Shown here piece by piece: positions 48,303 through 56,108 of a stretch of DNA of 64,000 bases (its first letter is position 1; the number at the start of each line of letters is the position of its first letter). The position numbers were made by a program, and so were the translations under genes. The DNA is from an uncultured Gemmatimonadales bacterium. GTDB lineage: Bacteria > Gemmatimonadota > Gemmatimonadetes > Gemmatimonadales > Gemmatimonadaceae. The DNA is taken from the NCBI GenBank assembly GCA_963850905.1, contig CAWKMU010000003.1:1504001-1568000 (forward strand). The letters are read 5' to 3'. The notes beneath the pieces are model-generated. The model was not told where the DNA came from and made no database searches. It worked only from the letters and a program-made list of their open reading frames with translations.

Positions 48303-49070
48303 ATGAAACACGGCGATTTCACGCAGGTAGCCGGCGATTACGCCCGGTTTCGGCCGAGTTACGCGCCCCAGGTCGCGACTGCCATCCTCCGTTACGTCGG
48401 GCGGGACCCAGCCAGCATCAATGCGGCCGACATCGGCGCCGGAACCGGCATTTGGACGCGGATGCTCGCAGCGCAGGGTCTGCATTCCATCGTCGCCGTG
48501 GAACCAAATGCCAACATGCGTGCGCAAGGGATCGAGACCTCGCGGGGGAGCGACATTGTGTGGCGCGATGGTTCGGCCGAAGCGACGGGATTGCCGGACC
48601 GGTCAGCCGATCTTGTCAGTATGGCGTCGTCATTTCACTGGGCCGATTTCGACAAGGCCTGCGACGAATTTCACCGTATCCTGCGGCCGGGTGGCGTCTT
48701 CGTCGCCTTGTGGAATCCGCGTCTCATCGAGGTGAACCCATTGCTCGTCGAGATCGAGGCGCAGATCACGCGGCTCAAATCTGACGTGCGCCGTGTATCA
48801 TCAGGCCGCTCTGGCATCACCGAGCGGCTGACCGATATGCTGAGCGAGAAACCGCAATTCGCTGAGGTGCTGTATCTCGAAGGTAGGCACCGCATGTCCC
48901 AGACGCCGAATCAGTATCTCGGGGCGTGGCGCTCGGTGAATGATCTCCAAGTGCAATTGGGCCCTGAACTATTCCGGAAGTTCTTGGAATTCACCGAGGA
49001 GCGCGTGTCAGGTCTGACGGCTATCGAGACAACCTATGTGACCCGGGCCTGGATCGTGCGGCGCGCCTAG
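48303..49070 (+). CDS. Class I SAM methyltransferase (Cj1419/Cj1420-like candidate phosphoramidate O-methyltransferase)
   Basis: MKHGDFT, RPSY, DIGAGTG, VEPN, MASSFHW, WNPR, RVSSG, WRSVND; operon context. Confidence 0.8.
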   Translation: MKHGDFTQVAGDYARFRPSYAPQVATAILRYVGRDPASINAADIGAGTGIWTRMLAAQGLHSIVAVEPNANMRAQGIETSRGSDIVWRDGSAEATGLPDRSADLVSMASSFHWADFDKACDEFHRILRPGGVFVALWNPRLIEVNPLLVEIEAQITRLKSDVRRVSSGRSGITERLTDMLSEKPQFAEVLYLEGRHRMSQTPNQYLGAWRSVNDLQVQLGPELFRKFLEFTEERVSGLTAIETTYVTRAWIVRRA

Positions 49071-49181
49071 GCGGGCTCCTCCGCGGTAGATCTATCCGCG
49101 AAGCTCTGAGTCGCCTGGCTTGCCCACAGCGATCACAGGAAGTGCGGGCTGGCGGCTCCGTCGGCAAAGTTGAGCGTGTCC

Positions 49182-50213
49182 TCACCTACTCAGACGATAG
49201 CCGATATTCTCAATCCTTTTTTGGGTTTCCGCATTGAGATCATGCATAAAGCTTCTGAATCGAGGAACCTTCTCTTCAACAGCCAAAAAGCCGTACGGCT
49301 TGCTCCTCGGACGGGCCAGACATAGGCGGCTCACATCAAGATCGACTGACATGACTTCGACGATCTTAGAAAACTCCTTGACCGGATCGATCATGAAGTC
49401 CTCGAGCCGCAACGAGAGGGTCGCGGATCGGATGTAAAGCTCCGTCTCCTCAACAAATTCCGGGAACGACAAGAATGGCGGGCCTGGTGCGGCTGCGAAG
49501 AAACGCGGGTCCCCTTCGGCAAAGGCCTTGAATTCCGAAAAATTCTGGTCCAAATCGAGACACAGATCGTCAGCGTTTTTGTACACCTGCGTGATCCCGG
49601 GGACCATGGCTTTGTCGCGAACATACCTCCGCCAGAAGACCCAATTCGTCAGCAACGAATCCAGCGGGTGCCGGTAGACGAAGATCAGATCGGCAATGCG
49701 CGACTGGACCGCCTCCAATACACGGCTCGTCAACTCTGGCAACGCCTGAGCGCGAGACACGTATTTGATCGTGGCGTGTTCGGTGTAGATCATGGACGTC
49801 GGAAGTGGACGAAATCGCATCTCATGCCGGAGATATTTCGCCCGTTCGCCAATGTGCTGCAGCAGCAGTTCATAGACATACCAACGCCCACTGCCGAACA
49901 GTCCGACGAGATACGCTGTTCTGTCGTTCCCCGGATTATGGAGTTTCCAATACCAGTCCTTATTCACCAACCGGTGGCGAACGCTTTCCAGATGGTCGCG
50001 AGGGGTTTTGCGCGCGAATTCTGCCCAGTTCTCGCGCACGCTTCGCAATTTGTCTTGGCGCGATTTCCCGGTGAATCTGATGAGCCTTCGAAATACGGAT
50101 GGCCGCATCCGCTCCGGGCGGCCGCGAGCGCCCTTGTACGTTGATCTTACCCCTCCGTCATGGTCGACCCACGCCACGGCGTTCTTGGCCGACGGTGTCG
50201 TGTGGTCGCTCAC
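49182..50213 (-). CDS. Sulfotransferase-fold protein
   Basis: LVGLFGSGRW (PSB-loop-like), FVYRHPLDSL (3'-phosphate-binding-like), LRLEDFMIDP. Confidence 0.6.
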   Translation of the reverse strand: MSDHTTPSAKNAVAWVDHDGGVRSTYKGARGRPERMRPSVFRRLIRFTGKSRQDKLRSVRENWAEFARKTPRDHLESVRHRLVNKDWYWKLHNPGNDRTAYLVGLFGSGRWYVYELLLQHIGERAKYLRHEMRFRPLPTSMIYTEHATIKYVSRAQALPELTSRVLEAVQSRIADLIFVYRHPLDSLLTNWVFWRRYVRDKAMVPGITQVYKNADDLCLDLDQNFSEFKAFAEGDPRFFAAAPGPPFLSFPEFVEETELYIRSATLSLRLEDFMIDPVKEFSKIVEVMSVDLDVSRLCLARPRSKPYGFLAVEEKVPRFRSFMHDLNAETQKRIENIGYRLSR

Positions 50214-50619
50214 GGGCGTGGCCTCATGTCAGCCCGACCGGCCGCGGCTCCCTTTGCGCGGCCCCTTCTGGTGTCAACCATGCTCAGCCTCTCCGCACGT
50301 TTCGTGCAGGCGCAAGCGTGGGCGGAAGTCAAGCGAATACAAGTGGTTACGCCGTTTGATACCCTAATCACCTCGCGGAATATGCTGCATGAACCCCACA
50401 CGATCGATGGCGATGTGCTGCGCGCTCGCGCGCGCCATCGCGGAGCCTATCGACTGGTGCGCTTCGTCGCCGCGCAGCAGCCGGTGCCGCCCGACGACGC
50501 GTGCAGCGTCGTGGCAGGCACGACGCCGCTGATGCTGATCGCCGCTCATGCTTGTCACGCCGCGCGGATCGAGGAGACGCGTCGTTGCAGAGTGGCGACT
50601 CAATTGCCAGAGCGCGAGG

Positions 50620-51900
50620 ATGATGTTGCGAGAGGCCAGTAACCGGGGCGTGCTAGTCGGTGGTGGTGCGCCTGACGGTCCGTCATCACTCGTCAGGCGG
50701 GCCAAGCCGCTGCGGGTTCTCTACGTCGAAGCGAACGAGGATGGCACCGTCGGGGGGTCCCATCAACTTGTTTACGATCTCGCACGCAGTGTACCCCGAG
50801 ATCGCATCGATCCCGTCGTACTGTTTTATCAGAACAATGCGTTCGTGGACCGTCTGAGGAGCCACGGGGTCACTGTCCTGTTGTACGACCACTTGCGCGT
50901 GCGCGAGCGCGCGGTCAATGCAACTGGAGGGCTTTTGCGCAGGCGTGCCGAGCAGGTCGCCGCCATCGGGAGGCGCTTCCAGCTACTTCGTCAGCAAAAT
51001 ATCGGTCTGGTCCACCTGAACAATTCCCCGACCGTCGGAGTCGACGACTGGCTGCCGGCTGCGATATGCGCCAACACGCCATGCGTGGTCAACGCGGGCG
51101 GTCTGCTCGGTCGGGATCGTCGCTTCATCCATCGGGCCTTAACGCGGCGCTTTGCGCGGGTGATCGCTGTGAGCGAATACATGGCGGCCGCGCTCCGCGA
51201 GCGCGGTTATCCGGAACGCCAGATCGAATGCGTGAATCTGTCCGTCGACATCGCGCGGTTGCAATCGAGAGTCTCGGCGTCGCGGACCGAGATTCGCACG
51301 AGCCTGAACATACGGCCTGACCGAGTTGTCATCACGATGGTAGGCAACGTCCGACAGTGGAAAGGGCAGCATGTCCTGCTGGAGGCAGTTGAGCTGCTCC
51401 TGCCGGCGGTCCGGGAACGCGTCCATGTGCTATTCGCCGGCGCGGTGTCCGAGGCCGATCGTTCGTATTTCGCCCATCTGCAACAGATCGTTGAGCGCGC
51501 GCACCTGGGCGACAGAGTTCAGTTTCTTGGTGCCCGGGACGACGTTGCTGATCTCCTCGCCGCGTCGGATGTTGCAGTTCACGCGTCGATTCTGCCGGAG
51601 CCATTTGGGCTCGTAATCATCGAGGCAATGGCGCTCGGGACTCCGGTGGTCGCGGCGCGGCTCGGAGCACCGCGCGACATCGTAACCTCGGCATCGGGCC
51701 TGTTGTACGATCCAGAGTCACCACGCGAGTTGGCAGAGCGGCTTACAGAACTCGTGTTGGACGCGGACCTTCGAAAACGTTTGGGCAAAGGCGCGATCGA
51801 TCGAGCCAAGGATTTCGGAGTCGTGCGCTACATCTCGCAGATAATGGCCGTGTACGAGAAGGTAGCACCCGCGCGTGATGACGAGCGTCTGATCGTTTAA
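50620..51900 (+). CDS. GT4 glycosyltransferase
   Basis: GG.H, WKGQHVLLEA, FLGARDDV, PEPFGLVIIEAMALGTPVV. Confidence 0.92.
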   Translation: MMLREASNRGVLVGGGAPDGPSSLVRRAKPLRVLYVEANEDGTVGGSHQLVYDLARSVPRDRIDPVVLFYQNNAFVDRLRSHGVTVLLYDHLRVRERAVNATGGLLRRRAEQVAAIGRRFQLLRQQNIGLVHLNNSPTVGVDDWLPAAICANTPCVVNAGGLLGRDRRFIHRALTRRFARVIAVSEYMAAALRERGYPERQIECVNLSVDIARLQSRVSASRTEIRTSLNIRPDRVVITMVGNVRQWKGQHVLLEAVELLLPAVRERVHVLFAGAVSEADRSYFAHLQQIVERAHLGDRVQFLGARDDVADLLAASDVAVHASILPEPFGLVIIEAMALGTPVVAARLGAPRDIVTSASGLLYDPESPRELAERLTELVLDADLRKRLGKGAIDRAKDFGVVRYISQIMAVYEKVAPARDDERLIV

Positions 51901-51968
51901 CCTCTCACTCGCAACGTTCCACTCGTCGCCGTCACACAGATTCATTTCGCGAGCCTCGCAATTCGGGG

Positions 51969-51997
51969 TTGCGAAACGTGCGTGCGGCGGTCATCCT
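51969..51997 (+). promoter_or_regulatory. Sigma70-type promoter of lipoprotein paralog 1
   Basis: TTGCGA-17 bp-CATCCT; hexamers and spacing conserved with 53838-53866 while the spacer sequence diverges. Confidence 0.65.
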
Positions 51998-52042
51998 ACT
52001 CGCGACAATTGATCGTCGCGTTGGTTGTCCCGATGTGGGCTC

Positions 52043-52146
52043 CCGCGACAACGGCAAACCCGGCGAAAGCCGGCGACGCAAAGCTCTGGAGGCTACCGCT
52101 CACGCAGCAACACCGCGTGAGTCATGCCAGTCCGGCTACCGAACGG
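52043..52146 (+). ncRNA. c-di-GMP-I riboswitch 2
   Basis: GGCAAACCCGGCGAAAGCCGGCGACGCAAAGCTCTGGAGGCTAC..CTCACGC/GCGTGAG..ATGCCAGTCCGGCTACCGAA. Confidence 0.92.
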
Positions 52147-52168
52147 ACAACTCACAGAGGACACAGCC

Positions 52169-53524
52169 ATGCGCACTGCGCACGACTGGGGCCGAGCTAT
52201 AGGCCGTCCCCGCACGTCCGCACCGGTAAGCCGCAAGTCGTACTACTTCCGCGCGATCGTCTGCGGCGCAGCTGCGGCACTCGCTGCCTGCGACAACTCC
52301 GCGAAGAACACCACCAATCCAATGGATCCGGTCGCCGCGAGTGGTAGCGGTACCTTCCAGGACGAAGCGGTCCTCGTGATGTATCACGGTGTGGCGTACC
52401 CGCAGGTCAACGTGAAGCCCTCGGCCAACGTCGACATGAAGGTCGGCGAACAGTCGACGTTTACGGCGCGCTTGAACGAGCCCAGTGGCGACGCGTGGAC
52501 CTCGTGCTGCTCGACGTGGAAGAGCTCTGATGCGAGTGTCGCGTCGGTGAGCGTCACGGGTTACGGTGTTCGCGATGGCGAGCGCGGAGCCGTTGTCGCG
52601 CACAAGTCGGGCAAGGCGACGATCACGGTTACGACGCAGAGCGGAACGAAGGGGACGCTGGATGTCACTGTTGGTGATGGCTCCTCTGGAACCGGCTCCG
52701 GTGGCTCGAGCTCCGGCGGCAGTGGCGGGTCAGGCGGCGGCTCTGGGTCACCCCCCTCGAAGACCCCCGCGAAGAGTCCGACCGCGCCACCACCCAGCGG
52801 CAGCTACCATGAGCCGTCGGGCTTCGCGACGCAAATCAACACCGGGTCGATCTCATCGACGCGTGCGGTGAACGTCCTCACCCCGTCGTCGACCAGCCCG
52901 ACTGGTGGCTCGAGCGGAAATCTCACCGCCGCGCCCGGAGGCGGTCTCCGTATGTGGTACCGTCCGAACCTAGTGGCGGGCAACTCGCCGGTCCGATTTG
53001 GGTTCGACATCCCGTCATCGGGAAGCGGCTGGTACTATCAGCGAATGCAGGTCCGTTTCTCCTCCAACTGGACCAACGGGAATAACCCGCTCGTCAAGTT
53101 GTGCGAGCCGCGAACCATGCAATCCGGCAGCCCCACGGGTCCAGACGAGAACCATGTCATCTCGGCATTCGCCAGCGGCGCGCCGACCAACGGCTATCTG
53201 GGGGTGCTGTTGCAGGGTCCCGACAACCATTTCAGGGATCTGACCGAGGAGTCGGCCGGCATGGGGAATCTGAGTGACGGGAATTGGCACACAGTGGAAG
53301 TGCTCTTCAGCCCAGAGTCGTCACCCGGTGCTGGAAATGGCAGCTACCAGGGGTGGGTCGACGGCAAGGAGGTCGCCAACTATCGCAACGTCCAGTGGCT
53401 CGCGGCGGGGAACCGAGCGGGTTGGCCCTACCTGATGTTCGATCCGGTCTACGGGGGAACGAAGAGCGCCCCAGCGCACACCATGTACTGGGACGTCAAC
53501 AACATTTTCGTGGCTACACGCTAG
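52169..53524 (+). CDS. Lipoprotein: one Big_2 Ig-like domain, G/S/P linker, lyase/lectin-like C-terminal domain (paralog 1)
   Basis: AGAGGA RBS, LAAC lipobox, WKSSDASVASV..GKATITVT, WHTVEV..GNGSYQGWVDG..MYWD. Confidence 0.8.
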   Translation: MRTAHDWGRAIGRPRTSAPVSRKSYYFRAIVCGAAAALAACDNSAKNTTNPMDPVAASGSGTFQDEAVLVMYHGVAYPQVNVKPSANVDMKVGEQSTFTARLNEPSGDAWTSCCSTWKSSDASVASVSVTGYGVRDGERGAVVAHKSGKATITVTTQSGTKGTLDVTVGDGSSGTGSGGSSSGGSGGSGGGSGSPPSKTPAKSPTAPPPSGSYHEPSGFATQINTGSISSTRAVNVLTPSSTSPTGGSSGNLTAAPGGGLRMWYRPNLVAGNSPVRFGFDIPSSGSGWYYQRMQVRFSSNWTNGNNPLVKLCEPRTMQSGSPTGPDENHVISAFASGAPTNGYLGVLLQGPDNHFRDLTEESAGMGNLSDGNWHTVEVLFSPESSPGAGNGSYQGWVDGKEVANYRNVQWLAAGNRAGWPYLMFDPVYGGTKSAPAHTMYWDVNNIFVATR

Positions 53525-53546
53525 TTCGTAGCACCTGACGCGACAT

Positions 53547-53581
53547 AAGAAGGGCAGGTCGAACTACGACCTGCCCTTCTT
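53547..53581 (+). terminator. Terminator-like hairpin after paralog 1
   Basis: AAGAAGGGCAGGTCG-AACTA-CGACCTGCCCTTCTT perfect stem. Confidence 0.75.
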
Positions 53582-53837
53582 GCATCGCACAGAAGATCCG
53601 ACGCCGATTGTTGCACGACGCAGCACTCAGCGCGATGCCGGGTCGCGACGCGACGTAGTGAACCCGTGACGCGCATCGGTGAGAATGGACGTTGATCAAC
53701 TCGGTCGCGCGGATGATGTGTTGACGTCAAACGTTTTGTCGCGACTCACTCGCGTGCGCGCACATCAACGAACTCCATGCGATGCCCCACTGAACGCGCT
53801 TCTGAGACGAACCCAGCGAAAATCTTTCGTAAAGGGG

Positions 53838-53866
53838 TTGCGTATCAGACTGTTGATGGGCATCGT
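53838..53866 (+). promoter_or_regulatory. Sigma70-type promoter of lipoprotein paralog 2
   Basis: TTGCGT-17 bp-CATCGT. Confidence 0.65.
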
Positions 53867-53910
53867 ACGCGCGACAACTGAACGTCGCGCTGGTTGTCCA
53901 GTGTGGGCAC

Positions 53911-54013
53911 CCGCGACAACGGCAAACCCGGCGAAAGCCGGCGACGCAAAGCTCTGGAGGCTACCGCTCACGCACGCTGCCGCGTGAGCCACGCCAGTCC
54001 GGCTACCGAACGG
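53911..54013 (+). ncRNA. c-di-GMP-I riboswitch 3
   Basis: Near-identical to riboswitch 2, with a different distal loop. Confidence 0.92.
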
Positions 54014-54035
54014 ACATCTCACAGAGGACACAGCC

Positions 54036-55388
54036 ATGCGCATTGCGCACGACTGGGGCCGAGCTTCGGGCCGTCCCCGCACGTCCGCCAAGGTAAGCCG
54101 AAAGTCGTCCTACGCCCGCGCGCTGCTATGTAGTGCAGCGGCTGCGCTCGCAGCGTGCGACAATTCCCCGAAAAGCGCCGCGAATCCGACGGATCCAGTC
54201 AACGCGATGGGTTCGCGTGAGAATGAGGCGGTTGGCACAGAGGTTCGCGGCGTGGCCTACCCACTGGTCACCGTGAAGCCATCGGCTAGCGTCGACATGA
54301 GTGTCGGCCAGCAGTCGACGTTCTCGGCACTGTTGAGCGAGCCGAATGGGAATTCATGGACGTCGTGCTGCTCGACGTGGACGAGTTCCGATGCGAGTAT
54401 CGCGTCGGTAAGCGCGACCGGCTACGGGGTTGAGGATGGCGAGCGTGGGATTGTTGTCGCGCACAAAGCCGGTACCGCAACGATCACGGTCACGACTCAA
54501 AGCGGAACGAGCGGCACGCTGAACGTCACCGTCGGAAGCGAGTCATCTGGGTCAGGGTCTGCTGGTGCCAGCTCCGGCGGCACTGGTGGCTCGAGTGGTG
54601 GCTCGGGGTCGGGTGGGACGCCAACGGCGAGTCCCTCGCCACCGCCACCGAGCGGTAGCTACCACCAGCCGTCGGGTTTCGTCCAGCAGGTCAATATGCC
54701 ATCGATTACATCGACTGCAGCGTTTTCCAACTTCAGTCCTACCAGCACCAGCTCGACCGGCCAGTGGAGCGGGAACCTGACTACAGTGCCTGGCGGATCC
54801 GGGTTGAGGATTACGTATCGCCCGAACCTCATGGCTGGAGGGTCTCCCGTCCGCTTCGGAATCTCTCTGGCATCAGCCGGATCGGGTTGGTACTACCAGC
54901 GCATGAAGATTCGCTTCTCGTCGAACTGGACGAATGCAAATAACCCGGTGGTGAAACTGTGCGAGCCCCAAACGGAGCAGGAGGGCAATCCGGCGGGGCC
55001 GGACGAAAACCATGTCATCTCGGCATTCGTCCACGCCGATCCGACTCAGAGCTACCTGACCGTTCTGTTGCAAGGCCCTGATAGCCACTTCCGGGATCTG
55101 ACAGAGCAACCGGTCGCTAACCCGGCTGCAAACTTGAGCGACGGGAATTGGCACACGATGGAGGTGCTGTTCGGTCCCGAGTCGTCGCCGGGTGCCGGGA
55201 ACGGAACGTACACCGGGTGGGTCGACGGCACGCAGGTCGCAAGCTACACCAACGTACAATGGCTCGCGGCCGGGAACCGAGCGGGTTGGCCGTACCTCTT
55301 GTTCGATCCGGTCTACGGCGGCATGGACAGTAGCCCGCCGTACATCATGTACTGGGACTTCGACGCCTTGTACGTCAGCACGCGCTAA
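54036..55388 (+). CDS. Lipoprotein: one Big_2 domain plus lyase/lectin-like domain (paralog 2)
   Basis: Colinear with paralog 1; LAAC lipobox, WTSSDASIASV, GWYYQRM, ENHVIS, FDPVYGG. Confidence 0.8.
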   Translation: MRIAHDWGRASGRPRTSAKVSRKSSYARALLCSAAAALAACDNSPKSAANPTDPVNAMGSRENEAVGTEVRGVAYPLVTVKPSASVDMSVGQQSTFSALLSEPNGNSWTSCCSTWTSSDASIASVSATGYGVEDGERGIVVAHKAGTATITVTTQSGTSGTLNVTVGSESSGSGSAGASSGGTGGSSGGSGSGGTPTASPSPPPPSGSYHQPSGFVQQVNMPSITSTAAFSNFSPTSTSSTGQWSGNLTTVPGGSGLRITYRPNLMAGGSPVRFGISLASAGSGWYYQRMKIRFSSNWTNANNPVVKLCEPQTEQEGNPAGPDENHVISAFVHADPTQSYLTVLLQGPDSHFRDLTEQPVANPAANLSDGNWHTMEVLFGPESSPGAGNGTYTGWVDGTQVASYTNVQWLAAGNRAGWPYLLFDPVYGGMDSSPPYIMYWDFDALYVSTR

Positions 55389-55394
55389 ATGTCT

Positions 55395-55457
55395 CCCGGA
55401 CAACAATCCTATAGCATGTACCGGGACGTCGATCAGATCCTTGTCAGCACGCGCTGA
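55395..55457 (+). pseudogene. Remnant 3' end of a further paralog copy
   Basis: 55408-55457 matches the last 50 nt of paralog 3 (57958-58007) at 44 of 50 positions, including the stop. Confidence 0.75.
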
Positions 55458-55496
55458 TCGATGGCGCGGTCGGTGACCGTGGCACGTTAGAAGTTG

Positions 55497-55533
55497 GCGA
55501 GGGAGCAGGTCAAACATTGACCTGCTCCCTCGC
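55497..55533 (+). terminator. Terminator-like hairpin after paralog 2
   Basis: GCGAGGGAGCAGGTCAA-ACA-TTGACCTGCTCCCTCGC; shares the GCAGGTC/GACCTGC core with 53547-53581. Confidence 0.75.
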
Positions 55534-55992
55534 GCTCTTTCGCGACACTTGTCTCACTGCGGTTCGACGTTGCGAAACCGTCTCAAGACCCGCTGCTTTC
55601 CGGCGACCGCGAGGTCGCCGACACCAGCGGGTGAGTGCCGCCTCCGACCACCGGTTGACATCGGCCGGCGCGGGTATCTCGCGCACCGTTCCCAACCGAC
55701 CTCTCCAGTCGTCGCTCTTCCGCGCTCGACTAGCGGGATTCCCCGCCGATCGGCACGGCTAAGGGAGGGTGCGAAGCCAGTTCAGCGGACAATTTGACTG
55801 ATCGTAGGCCTACGCCCCCATTAATAGGGGCTGGCGCTGTTGAGTCCGCTTGCTTACGTTAACTGGTAGCAAGGCTTTGGGGACGGTCGCCCGGCTGGCT
55901 CGATGTCAGGTCAAACCGCCCGACCCCAACCACGGACCGAGCAAGCGGGAGACTTCTAGATCACAGAAATGATCGCGGTGCCCCCCGAGGGC

Positions 55993-56094
55993 CTGCGACA
56001 AAGGCAAACCCGGCGAAAGCCGGGGACGCAAAGCTACGAGGCTACGGTCTGCCCTCAGAGTCGGGCATGCTATGCCAGTCGGGCCGCCGAACAG
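55993..56094 (+). ncRNA. c-di-GMP-I riboswitch 4
   Basis: GGCAAACCCGGCGAAAGCCGGGGACGCAAAGCTACGAGGCTAC..TGCCC/GGGCA..TATGCCAGTCGGGCCGCCGAA. Confidence 0.92.
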
Positions 56095-56108
56095 AGCTGG
56101 AGGGGATC

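Noticed and set aside
50214..50619. Possible small ORFs between the sulfotransferase-fold and GT4 genes (similar cases at 6060-6640 and 55540-55980)
   Set aside because: No convincing RBS, motif or RNA family recognised
28397..56094. Riboswitches as the c-AMP-GMP-sensing (GEMM-Ib) variant
   Set aside because: All four have G at the position equivalent to G20 of Vc2 (GGCAAA), the c-di-GMP-type residue
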